Translations under genes and position numbers: made by a program
Notes under the pieces: model-generated
The model's input: the letters and a program-made list of their open reading frames with translations, nothing else
What the model was told of the DNA's origin: nothing
Databases searched by the model: none
In this document: positions 18,862-27,609 of the stretch, piece by piece
How the letters are laid out: every line of letters starts with the position of its first letter
How positions within the stretch are numbered: position 1 is the first letter of the stretch
Assembly (NCBI GenBank): GCA_043809645.1
Contig: JBDROX010000036.1
Coordinates: 1,713-65,712, forward strand
Reading direction: 5' to 3'
DNA length: 64,000 bases
Origin: Candidatus Magasanikiibacteriota bacterium
GTDB taxonomy: Bacteria > Patescibacteriota > Patescibacteriia > Magasanikbacterales > UBA922

Positions 18862-20284
18862 TATGAGAGAATTACATACGCTCACAATCAGAAAAGCCCA
18901 TGATGGTCTTAAGAACGGAGACTTCACATCATTGGAGCTCACGAAGGCATGTCTCGGACAAATAAAAAAGCGCAATAAGAATATTAATGCGTTTATTTCT
19001 GTATTTGATAAAGATGCTCTAGAGGAAGCAAGCAAAGCAGATGAGCTTATTTCAAAAGGAAGACAGAAAGTACTAACCGGCATTCCTTTTTCAGTAAAAG
19101 ATGCTATATGTACTCTGGACTCACGATCTACTGGTGCGGCAAAGATATTGGATAATTACAGAGCACCGTATGAGGCTACTGTGATTACAAAAATACGGGA
19201 GCAGAGTGCTGTACTCCTCGGAAAGACGAATTGTGACTCATTCGGGCATGGTGCAAGTAATGAGAATTCCATGTATGGACCTGTGAGGAATCCTCACGAT
19301 GAAAAACGTGTAGCAGGGGGGTCTTCTGGTGGTGCCGCAGCAGCTGTTGCGGACAATCAATGTATATTTTCTATTGCAGAGGATACTGGTGGCTCTATTC
19401 GTCAGCCAGCGAGCTTCTGTGGTGTAGTAGGTCTCAGGCCATCCTATGGAAGAAATTCACGCTATGGAATCATGCCGATGGCAAGCTCCCTCGACACTGT
19501 TGGGCCAATCACCAAGACAGTCGAAGACACTGCGATACTTATGGAGATTATGGCAGGAAAAGATGAAAAAGATGCAACAACATATAGTGACACTGCCCCG
19601 ATGTATACAAAGGAAATCAATAAAAAGGCAAAAAAACTAAACATTGGCATTCCAAAAGAATACTTTGAGGTGGATGGTTTTGATGAAGAAGTGAAGAAAT
19701 CAGTCTTGGCGCAAATCGATACTCTCAGAGAAGCTGGTCATGAGATAACTGAGATCAATCTCCCAATGACAGAGTACGCTATAGCAGTGTATTATATTCT
19801 CGTCCCAAGTGAGGATAGCTCAAACCTAGGGAGATTGGATGGCATTCGGTATGGTGTAAGGGAAAAAGGAAAGAATCTTGGGGGTGTGTATGCGGCGTCG
19901 AGAGCAAAGGGGTTTCCAGATGAAGTGAAGAGGAGGATCATGACAGGGACATTTGCGCTTTCATATGGGTATTACGATGCATATTACAAGAAAGCACAGA
20001 AAGTCAGAACACTCATCAGTCAGGATTTTGAAAAGGCTTTTGAGAATGTTGATCTTATTCTGACTCCAACCGCACCAACAACAGCATTTAAACTTGGTGA
20101 AAAGAAAAATGACGTCATTGCAATGTACCTTGCAGATGTTTTCGTCTGTCCAGCCGCGATAGCTGGACTTCCTGCGATTTCAATTCCAGTAGGAAAGGAC
20201 AACAATGGTCTTCCAATCGGTATGCAGATTATTGGACCAAGACTTGGGGAAATAGAAGTTCTTTCACTTGCAGCTAGAATATAA
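18854..20284 (+). CDS. gatA: Asp-tRNA(Asn)/Glu-tRNA(Gln) amidotransferase subunit A (amidase signature)
   Basis: 476 aa; GGSSGGAAAAVA amidase signature. Confidence 0.9.
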   Translation: MDSMRELHTLTIRKAHDGLKNGDFTSLELTKACLGQIKKRNKNINAFISVFDKDALEEASKADELISKGRQKVLTGIPFSVKDAICTLDSRSTGAAKILDNYRAPYEATVITKIREQSAVLLGKTNCDSFGHGASNENSMYGPVRNPHDEKRVAGGSSGGAAAAVADNQCIFSIAEDTGGSIRQPASFCGVVGLRPSYGRNSRYGIMPMASSLDTVGPITKTVEDTAILMEIMAGKDEKDATTYSDTAPMYTKEINKKAKKLNIGIPKEYFEVDGFDEEVKKSVLAQIDTLREAGHEITEINLPMTEYAIAVYYILVPSEDSSNLGRLDGIRYGVREKGKNLGGVYAASRAKGFPDEVKRRIMTGTFALSYGYYDAYYKKAQKVRTLISQDFEKAFENVDLILTPTAPTTAFKLGEKKNDVIAMYLADVFVCPAAIAGLPAISIPVGKDNNGLPIGMQIIGPRLGEIEVLSLAARI

Positions 20285-20316
20285 ATCTTAATCCTAGATT
20301 TTTAAATATAAATTTC

Positions 20317-21684
20317 ATGAAAAAGGAGACCATCGAAAAATCAAAAAAAGATGCAGAAAAGGATTTTAACTATCTGATAAATGAAACAGGGGAGTATCGT
20401 GATACATGGAGAATATTTCGAATCATGGCAGAGTTCATAGAAGGATATCAATTCCTCTCTAGCCTAGACAAAGAGGTAACTATTCTCGGTTCTGCCAGGC
20501 TTGCAGAAGACCACAAGTATGCGAAGAAGGCTACCGACCTTGGTTTCCTACTTGCAAAAAAGGGATATACGACGATTACAGGTGGTGGTCCTGGTATTAT
20601 GCAGGCAGCGAACAAAGGAGCATTCGAGGCTGGTGGCCAATCTATTGGACTAAATATTCAGCTTCCGTTTGAACAGCGTATCAATCCATATGTAACCAAG
20701 TCGACAGCATTTTACTATTTTTTTACTCGCAAGGTGATGTTGACAAGTCCAGCGCATGCTTTGGTATTCTTTCCTGGTGGATTTGGGACTATGGATGAAT
20801 TCTTCGAGGTTGTTGATCATATTGAGCTTGGAAAAATGTGTGGGGTACCTGTGATCCTCTTTGGGTCTGATTTTTGGAAACCTCTCGTAGAATTTTTGAA
20901 GAAAGACTGTTGTAAAGTCGGTTCTATTCATGTGGAAAAAGTCTCAGAGTGGTTGATAGTCGATAGTGAAGAAGAAGTCTTGGAAGTTATTGAAAATTTT
21001 GATAGATCAAATTATGATAAATGCGAGCTTGCTCCAATGAACTTTCACAAGAACACAAAGGATATTGACTGGAGAATATTTCGAATCATGGCAGAGCTTG
21101 TAGAGGGGTTTGAACTCCTTACCGGTCTTGTCGAGGGTGTCACTGTGTTGGGAACCAAGAGTATGGAAGATGGAAATCCATACTATGATGCTGCATACAC
21201 ACTTGGTAGAGAGCTCGGGAACCATGGCTATGCTGTAGTCACTGGTGGAGCTTCGGGAATTGCAGAAGCTGCTAACAAAGGTGCTATGGAGGTTGGTGCG
21301 GAGTCATATGGTATTGGAATGGAAGTATTTGGGAAGAGTAGGATGAATCAGTATGTGACAAAATCAATATCATTCCGATATCCATTTACCAGAAAGCTGA
21401 TTGTGACAGCCCCATCAAAGGCATTTGTCTTCTTTCCTGGTGGTCTTGGAACTATGCATCAGTTCTTCGAAGTGTTGACCCTCATACAAACAGGAAAGAT
21501 GCAGCAGATTCCTATTATTCTCTTTGATTCATCCTTTTGGGGTGATTTAGATAACTATATTTCAGAAACACTTGCAAAGAATTTTAAGACAATCTCAAAA
21601 AAAGATTGTGAATACTATACAATCGTAGATGATATTGGGGTTGCTATGGATATTATTAAAAAATTTCGAGGAAAAGAGGATTAG
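20317..21684 (+). CDS. tandem-duplicated LOG-family (TIGR00730 / lysine-decarboxylase-like) protein
   Basis: Two collinear modules, each with WRIFRIMAE...GGGPGIM or GGASGIA...RK...PGGFGTMDEF or PGGLGTMHQF. Confidence 0.7.
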   Translation: MKKETIEKSKKDAEKDFNYLINETGEYRDTWRIFRIMAEFIEGYQFLSSLDKEVTILGSARLAEDHKYAKKATDLGFLLAKKGYTTITGGGPGIMQAANKGAFEAGGQSIGLNIQLPFEQRINPYVTKSTAFYYFFTRKVMLTSPAHALVFFPGGFGTMDEFFEVVDHIELGKMCGVPVILFGSDFWKPLVEFLKKDCCKVGSIHVEKVSEWLIVDSEEEVLEVIENFDRSNYDKCELAPMNFHKNTKDIDWRIFRIMAELVEGFELLTGLVEGVTVLGTKSMEDGNPYYDAAYTLGRELGNHGYAVVTGGASGIAEAANKGAMEVGAESYGIGMEVFGKSRMNQYVTKSISFRYPFTRKLIVTAPSKAFVFFPGGLGTMHQFFEVLTLIQTGKMQQIPIILFDSSFWGDLDNYISETLAKNFKTISKKDCEYYTIVDDIGVAMDIIKKFRGKED

Positions 21685-21685
21685 T

Positions 21686-22453
21686 ATGATTCCTTGGTTT
21701 CAGTTCACAGTAGTACATATTGGACCCATACCTATCCAGGTGTGGGGCTTTTTTGTAGCACTTGGAATGCTCGTTTCGATGATGATCATAGCAAAGAGAT
21801 CAAAACAGTATGACCTTAACAAAGAAGTGATGATGGATCTCGGTCTTTGGATGCTTGTCTGTGGGGTTGTCTTTGCAAGACTCTTCCATATTTTCTTTTA
21901 TGAACTAGGCTTCTATATTTCAAATCCTGTCGAGATGTTAAAAATCTGGCATGGGGGCCTTTCATCTTTCGGAGGTTTGTTTGGCGCTCTTATTGTCATA
22001 CCTTTCTATCTCAAGAAAAAAAAGATTAGAAAAAGTGAAATATTGAAAATAGCTGACCTTCTCAGTTTTTCTGCACTGTTTGGGTGGATTATTGGAAGGG
22101 TCGGCTGTTTCATAATTCATGATCATATCGGAAGGAAATCTGGGTTTTTCCTTGCAATTGGGAGTCCTGATGGGTCTAGACTAGAGATGGCACTGTTGGA
22201 AATCATTGCATTGATTCCTTTGGCCTATTTTTTCTTTCTTATGGACAAAAAAAAGAAGTCATATGGTTTCATAACCAGTATGTTGTTCATGTATTATGGT
22301 ATTGTTCGTTTTTTTCTTGATTTTTTTCGTGCCACAGACATCACAGCTGCCGATGTCAGATATCTAGGATTGACCCCAGGGCAATACTTTGCTATTGTGC
22401 TTCTAATCTTTGGGGGGTATCTATACACACGGAGAGTTCGCATAGTGGTCTAG
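21686..22453 (+). CDS. lgt: prolipoprotein diacylglyceryl transferase
   Basis: Start taken at MIPWFQF just after the previous stop; Lgt signature WHGGLSSFGG; 3' end overlaps tRNA-Ser by 23 nt. Confidence 0.75.
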   Translation: MIPWFQFTVVHIGPIPIQVWGFFVALGMLVSMMIIAKRSKQYDLNKEVMMDLGLWMLVCGVVFARLFHIFFYELGFYISNPVEMLKIWHGGLSSFGGLFGALIVIPFYLKKKKIRKSEILKIADLLSFSALFGWIIGRVGCFIIHDHIGRKSGFFLAIGSPDGSRLEMALLEIIALIPLAYFFFLMDKKKKSYGFITSMLFMYYGIVRFFLDFFRATDITAADVRYLGLTPGQYFAIVLLIFGGYLYTRRVRIVV

Positions 22454-22517
22454 TGCACTACCTTGGAAAGGTAGCATACCTGAAAGGGTATCGAGGGTTC
22501 GAATCCCTCACTCTCCG
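22431..22517 (+). tRNA. tRNA-Ser(GGA), class II with long variable arm, no encoded CCA
   Basis: Hand-folded: acceptor GGAGAGT/ACTCTCC, 3-bp D stem GCA/TGC, anticodon stem CTACC/GGTAG with loop TTGGAAA, variable-arm hairpin ATACC/GGTAT, T stem GAGGG/CCCTC. Confidence 0.8.
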
Positions 22518-22569
22518 CTATTTATTTTTTTATTTTACTTAAAGTTTTTGACATAAGCAATTCTGTTCT

Positions 22570-22737
22570 ATGAGTAGAAAAACAGCAGTTCTTCTCATTC
22601 GGATGATAGCGGTTGTCTCTATTGTGAATGCAGTTTCCAACATCTTCGAAGAAGGAAAGATGATGATTTATGATTTAAATGGTATACTACTTGGCGTTGG
22701 TCTTCTCATTGTACCTCTCATGATGGGAAGAAAATAA
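22570..22737 (+). CDS. possible small membrane peptide (55 aa), not in the ORF track
   Basis: ATG ORF MSRKTAVLLIRMIAVVSIVNAVS...LGVGLLIVPLMMGRK with two hydrophobic stretches. Confidence 0.2.
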   Translation: MSRKTAVLLIRMIAVVSIVNAVSNIFEEGKMMIYDLNGILLGVGLLIVPLMMGRK

Positions 22738-22747
22738 CCCAAAGAAT

Positions 22748-23089
22748 ATGCAACCAAAAGTTCTTCTATTGACTTTATTAACATTGGGAGCTATTGGATC
22801 ACTGGGCTATTGGATGTTCACCAGTGGTCAGTACACTATACGTGGCTGGTTTGAAGAGGATGAGTTAGTTCTCGAGCTATATTCTGATGAGGCATATAAT
22901 ATTGCATTTTTGAGTGCTTGTTCTGAAGAGGGGCAAGTAACTCCAGACTTTGAAATAAATGAGGGGACCAGGACATGGTGGTTTGATATGGTTGCTGATA
23001 AACCAGGATGTAATCCAGCGTGTGTTGTTGACGACGTAACAAAAGAAGCTGAAATTAACTGGAGGTGTACAGGGCTCACCCCTCAGTAA
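22748..23089 (+). CDS. hypothetical secreted or membrane-anchored protein
   Basis: 113 aa, N-terminal hydrophobic signal or anchor, followed by a terminator. Confidence 0.35.
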   Translation: MQPKVLLLTLLTLGAIGSLGYWMFTSGQYTIRGWFEEDELVLELYSDEAYNIAFLSACSEEGQVTPDFEINEGTRTWWFDMVADKPGCNPACVVDDVTKEAEINWRCTGLTPQ

Positions 23090-23095
23090 TACAAA

Positions 23096-23131
23096 TAAAA
23101 AAAACAGAACTGATTGCTCTGTTTTTTTATT
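23096..23131 (+). terminator. rho-independent terminator (hairpin plus T-run), usable from both strands
   Basis: acaga-actgattgc-tctgt followed by ttttttt; lies between convergent genes. Confidence 0.5.
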
Positions 23132-23930
23132 TTTTCTTTCTAAATGGAAAAAGAATAATGCTCGCTATCAGAAAATGCAGGACAGAGACAAAAGTAGCAT
23201 ATAAAAAAATGGCAGTGAGAAATCGTAGGTATTGGCTGAGCCCTAGTACCGAAGATGTAATGTTTGATTGTGCAAAAAGAGCAATAGTATTGATGATGAT
23301 AATAATGCACACAATCCAGATAAAACCACTCCACATACCTTTTTGATCCTGTTTGCTCGGTGCTAGGTGAGATGAGACTGCGAAGGAGAGGTATAGGAAT
23401 AACCACCATTTCCATGAACTAGCGTCAAATGCAGAAAGAAATATGCTCCCAACTTGACGTACTGATATCCATATAGAATTGAACGAAGTAAGGTCAGTGC
23501 TTCTCAGTAGGTCAAACATTGCACTAGATCCGGACAAAAAAAATCTAAAGAGAAGGTAGAGTACTCCGGAGCCAAAGATAAGTGGCGCAGCTCCAATAAA
23601 GAAATTGCCAATATTTTGAAAGATACTTTTTTTGTGATAGGAGTGGTTCACGTGTCCCAGTCCACCAGTTTCTTTATTTGGCTTGAAGAGCGACACTTTT
23701 TCAATTCTGTGTAAAAATAACTTCGCAAAAATATAGTGTCCAATTTCATGGATTGGAGTGCCTATGATACCAGTCCACAGAATCCCTTTCCAGCCAACAG
23801 ATTGCATATATTGTTTATGTATATAGCGCTGCAGCTGTGATAAAACATACCCAAAAACAAAAAAAACACCAAATATGCCGAGGATCTGTGTAAGTGAGAT
23901 TTTGAAAAGTATAAAAAGCTGATTTTCCAT
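23127..23930 (-). CDS. polytopic membrane protein with HEIGH zinc-metalloprotease motif
   Basis: 267 aa; GTPIHEIGHYIFAK (HExxH) within a TM region. Confidence 0.4.
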   Translation of the reverse strand: MENQLFILFKISLTQILGIFGVFFVFGYVLSQLQRYIHKQYMQSVGWKGILWTGIIGTPIHEIGHYIFAKLFLHRIEKVSLFKPNKETGGLGHVNHSYHKKSIFQNIGNFFIGAAPLIFGSGVLYLLFRFFLSGSSAMFDLLRSTDLTSFNSIWISVRQVGSIFLSAFDASSWKWWLFLYLSFAVSSHLAPSKQDQKGMWSGFIWIVCIIIIINTIALFAQSNITSSVLGLSQYLRFLTAIFLYATFVSVLHFLIASIILFPFRKKK

Positions 23931-23996
23931 AAGTACTAGAGCAAGTATATCATGAGAATGTATTTAAAAAAACCTGCTTTATAGCAGGTTTTTTCT

Positions 23997-24278
23997 TTAT
24001 TTATTTGGGATAATATTCGCGAACTTTTTTCTCTTCAGAGCACCGTCAAAACGTCTGCGCTGCTTGGTAGTGAATTTCACAACTCCAGCAATCTTTGCAT
24101 ACAGTGTGTCATCCTTACCCTTGCTCACATTCTTGCCTGGATAAATCTTTGTTCCACGTTGTCTCACGAGAACATTTCCAGCTTTCACTGTTTGACCGTC
24201 TCCAACCTTCGTGCCAAGATATTGAGGTTGGGAATCTCTACCAAGCCTGGTGGAACCACCAGCTTTTTTATGTGCCAT
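23997..24278 (-). CDS. rpmA: 50S ribosomal protein L27
   Basis: [16 protein letters not shown]...[14 protein letters not shown]. Confidence 0.85.
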   Translation of the reverse strand: MAHKKAGGSTRLGRDSQPQYLGTKVGDGQTVKAGNVLVRQRGTKIYPGKNVSKGKDDTLYAKIAGVVKFTTKQRRRFDGALKRKKFANIIPNK

Positions 24279-24367
24279 ACGTATGTATTGTCACTTCACA
24301 CCCTACAGTGTACTGACAAAGTAGTGTAGAGTGAGCCGCCTCCTGGCGCGGGCCGGGATCGCTAACC

Positions 24368-24826
24368 ATGTCATTGAATTACGAGAAGAGTATAGTAGAT
24401 ATGTGCTCACTTGTCAAGAGTAACATTTTTCTGTATAATTGCTTTGATTATCATCTGAGTATAGCGAAATTTTCCATGTACCCAATCAAATTATATATCA
24501 AAAATTTACCCATTATTATCATGTTTGGGATTTCTGTACTTGTCAATCTTGCAAGCTGGTTTTGGTTGCTTTGGAATATACGTTTTGTAGATGAGCAGAT
24601 ATTTCTTCATTACAATATTCTTTTCGGGGTTGATCTTGTGGGCAATGCACAGAAGATCTTCTATCTTCCACTGCTTGGGCTTTGTATTCTCATTTTTAAT
24701 ACCCTTCTTGGTTGGGTGCTCTTTAGCAAAGATAAATTTGCGGCCCAAGCACTTCACACAGTCTCAGTGTTCTGTCAAATTGCTATTTTTATTTCAAGCT
24801 CAATACTCGTTTTTCTGAATGTCTAA
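24368..24826 (+). CDS. hypothetical membrane protein upstream of ftsW
   Basis: 152 aa (start uncertain), about 4 TM helices. Confidence 0.3.
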   Translation: MSLNYEKSIVDMCSLVKSNIFLYNCFDYHLSIAKFSMYPIKLYIKNLPIIIMFGISVLVNLASWFWLLWNIRFVDEQIFLHYNILFGVDLVGNAQKIFYLPLLGLCILIFNTLLGWVLFSKDKFAAQALHTVSVFCQIAIFISSSILVFLNV

Positions 24827-25928
24827 TATGAGCACTAGAACTATGCAGTCAGACAAGGTACTCCTTATTCTTTTTGGTGTACTTGTTGCATTCGGCATCG
24901 TCATGCTCACGTCAGCAGGCTCGGCTATTGGTTTGGAAAGATTTGATGATAGTTATTTTTTTGTAAAGAGACAGCTTCTCTACGGGCTTCTTCCTGGAAC
25001 ATTTATTTTCTTTCTATGTGTCAGAGTGAGTCTGGACTTTGTGAAGAGAAATGCTTTCTTTATCTTTGTTGTTTGTATATCTTTACTTCTCCTCGTCTTC
25101 ATTCCTGGCATTGGATCTTCTTACAATACTGGCGCAAATAGCTGGCTTCAAATTTGGAATTATTCATTTCAACCTTCAGAATTTGCAAAGTTAGCACTCA
25201 TTATTTTCTTTGCAGCATATCTTGGAAAAAAGAGTGAAGAACTTTTAAATTTTCAACAAGGATTTCTGATGGCTCTAGCTCTTGCTGGGATTCCAATTGT
25301 TTTGGTTGCACTGCAACCAGATATTGGAACTGTTGCGATTCTCTTCGCAATTGTCATAGGAATGCTCTTCGTTGCAGAAGCGAAAATTTTACATATTTCT
25401 CTTCTAGCAGGTGCTGGAATATTTGTTTTTTTCCTTATGACGATCATTGCGCCATACAGGGCTGAGCGACTTACAACTTTTTTGCACCCAGAACTCGATC
25501 CACAGGGAATTGGGTATCAAATTAACCAGTCTTTTATTGCAATAGGCTCTGGTGGTATATTTGGTCACGGACTTGGGCACTCGCGTCAAAAGTATCAGTA
25601 TCTTCCAGAAGTCCATGCCGATAGTATTTTCGCAATTATTGCAGAAGAAATGGGTTTTGTAGTAACTATTGGATTCATTTTACTTCTCGTTTTTATTACT
25701 ATCCGTGGCCTGAAGATTTCGAGGACCGCTCCAGACATGTTTTCAAGGCTTTTGGTAGCTGGTATTATTATTTGGATTGTTGCACAGTCATTTCTTAATA
25801 TTGGTGCAATTGTAGGACTTCTACCTCTGACAGGAGTCCCACTTCCATTCGTGAGTCACGGTGGTACTGCACTAATGATTGCCATGGCCGGCATGGGCTT
25901 TGTCATCAATGTGAGTAGACATACATAA
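24819..25928 (+). CDS. ftsW: SEDS-family peptidoglycan glycosyltransferase FtsW/RodA
   Basis: 369 aa polytopic; FIAIGSGGIFGHGLG and EEMGFV motifs. Confidence 0.85.
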   Translation: MSNMSTRTMQSDKVLLILFGVLVAFGIVMLTSAGSAIGLERFDDSYFFVKRQLLYGLLPGTFIFFLCVRVSLDFVKRNAFFIFVVCISLLLLVFIPGIGSSYNTGANSWLQIWNYSFQPSEFAKLALIIFFAAYLGKKSEELLNFQQGFLMALALAGIPIVLVALQPDIGTVAILFAIVIGMLFVAEAKILHISLLAGAGIFVFFLMTIIAPYRAERLTTFLHPELDPQGIGYQINQSFIAIGSGGIFGHGLGHSRQKYQYLPEVHADSIFAIIAEEMGFVVTIGFILLLVFITIRGLKISRTAPDMFSRLLVAGIIIWIVAQSFLNIGAIVGLLPLTGVPLPFVSHGGTALMIAMAGMGFVINVSRHT

Positions 25929-25929
25929 T

Positions 25930-27000
25930 ATGAAAATTATTCTTTCAGGCGGAGGTACGCTTGGTCCAGTAACGCCACTTCTTGCAATTTATGAAGCGTT
26001 AACAAGAGAATATAAAGACGCTACTTTTATTTGGATTGGAACAAAGGGTGGTCCAGAAAAAGAGATTGTTGAGAAAGCTGGCATACCCTTCATTGCTATT
26101 ACATCTGGAAAGTTGAGAAGGTATATTTCTTTTTGGAACGTCATAGATATTTTTAGAATCGTTATTGGTTTTTTTCGATCTATCGGCATTATGTTTCGCT
26201 ATAGTCCAGATGCCTGTATCTCTGCTGGTGGATATGTTTCAGTGCCATTACACTGGGCAGCCTGGCTCTTTGGCGTTCCTTCTTGGATTCATCAGCAAGA
26301 TGTGCAAGTAGGTCTTTCGAACAGGTTCATGGCACCTTTCGCACGTATAATCACGACTTCTCTAGAGAGTCAGATGAAACTATTTCCAAAAAGAAAAGTA
26401 AAGTGGATTGGAAATCCTGTTAGAAATGAAATTTTGAGTGGATCAAAAGATAGAGCAATGGAGTTGTTTGACCTAAAAGAGGATCTACCTATTATTTTTG
26501 CAACAGGTGGGGGAACTGGGTCGCTACGTGTTAATCAGATGATAGTGGAGGCTGTTGGACATCTCAAGGGCCATGCACAAATTATTCACCTCACTGGAAA
26601 GGAAAGACCTCAAGAACTTGCAGAAAAAGCGCAAAAACATTTTGATTACTATCAGGTTCATCAATTTTTTTCCGAGGAGATGAAACATGCATATGCTGCT
26701 GCTGATATTGTGATATCGCGTGGCGGGTTTGGAACACTGAGTGAACTGGCAGCACTCTCGAAGCCAGCCATTCTTATTCCAAAACATGGTCACCAAGTTC
26801 AGAACGTTTCATTTCTTGCTGAGGCCGGTGCCGTAGAGGTAGTTGATGAAACAACGAAGGATGGAAATTATCTTGCAAGACTTGTAAAGGATTTGATTTC
26901 AGATAAAAATAGAATGATAACGCTCGGAAGTACACTGAACAAGACAATGCCTCTGGCAACAGAGACAAAAATAGTTGGTATATTAAAAAGCATTTTGTAA
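25930..27000 (+). CDS. murG: undecaprenyldiphospho-muramoylpentapeptide beta-N-acetylglucosaminyltransferase
   Basis: MKIILSGGGTLGPVTPLLAI, GT28 fold; 2-nt gap after ftsW. Confidence 0.85.
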   Translation: MKIILSGGGTLGPVTPLLAIYEALTREYKDATFIWIGTKGGPEKEIVEKAGIPFIAITSGKLRRYISFWNVIDIFRIVIGFFRSIGIMFRYSPDACISAGGYVSVPLHWAAWLFGVPSWIHQQDVQVGLSNRFMAPFARIITTSLESQMKLFPKRKVKWIGNPVRNEILSGSKDRAMELFDLKEDLPIIFATGGGTGSLRVNQMIVEAVGHLKGHAQIIHLTGKERPQELAEKAQKHFDYYQVHQFFSEEMKHAYAAADIVISRGGFGTLSELAALSKPAILIPKHGHQVQNVSFLAEAGAVEVVDETTKDGNYLARLVKDLISDKNRMITLGSTLNKTMPLATETKIVGILKSIL

Positions 27001-27153
27001 TCAGAGTGGGAAAAACTAACTATGATAATCCTTATTCTGTCTATAATTATTATCACCACTATTGCTTTGGTCGGCTTCTTTGTTGTTCGGAGCGTCGAAG
27101 ATGATGATTTGAGCGGAAGTTAATCTCATTTTTTTCCTCAACAATAGTAAAAA

Positions 27154-27178
27154 AACCTTGACTATCAAGGTTTTTTTA
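27154..27178 (+). terminator. rho-independent terminator
   Basis: aaccttga-cta-tcaaggtt followed by ttttttt. Confidence 0.55.
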
Positions 27179-27333
27179 CTATATATTAAGCGAAACCATG
27201 GAGGGAGAGATGCAGAATGATCTCATCGCTATGTTTGTAGTCTCCGCATGTCTATTGCTGGTCAGCTGGCTTATCGGCCGATATGCGGCACCATTGGGAG
27301 ATCGGCCATTCCAGTGGGGGCTGAGAGGGTCCT

Positions 27334-27528
27334 ATGAACCTAACACTTGCTATTCTGCTAGCACTACTCCTGGTAGTACTAGTCTGGTGGCAGATCAAGA
27401 CAAGTAGACCGTGGAATCTAATCGTCAGCGGGACGTCGACGATTCTCACGTTCTTTCTCATCACGATCGTTGTTTTTATCATACTCATTGTGAGTGCTGT
27501 TGATAAACAGCACTCACAGGGGTGGTGA
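27334..27528 (+). CDS. possible small two-TM peptide inside a GC-anomalous islet
   Basis: 64 aa MNLTLAILLALLLVVLVWWQ...ILTFFLITIVVFIILIV; overlaps another small ORF (27198-27407). Confidence 0.2.
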   Translation: MNLTLAILLALLLVVLVWWQIKTSRPWNLIVSGTSTILTFFLITIVVFIILIVSAVDKQHSQGW

Positions 27529-27609
27529 GGCACGACAAGGGGGATCCGGATGAAGTGGAGGCGTCTGGATCAAACAAAAAAACATCAGACTATGGTGTTT
27601 TTTTATATT

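Noticed and set aside
18625-19083. Antisense ORFs of 60-150 aa inside gatA, ligA, typA, clpB, cysteine desulfurase and others
   Set aside because: They overlap well-supported conserved genes on the opposite strand and have no motifs. They are typical antisense artefacts.
27022-27123. 33-aa hydrophobic ORF (MIILILSIIIITTIALVGFFVV...) between murG and its terminator
   Set aside because: Too short to support. It might be a real micro-peptide but there is no evidence beyond the ORF.
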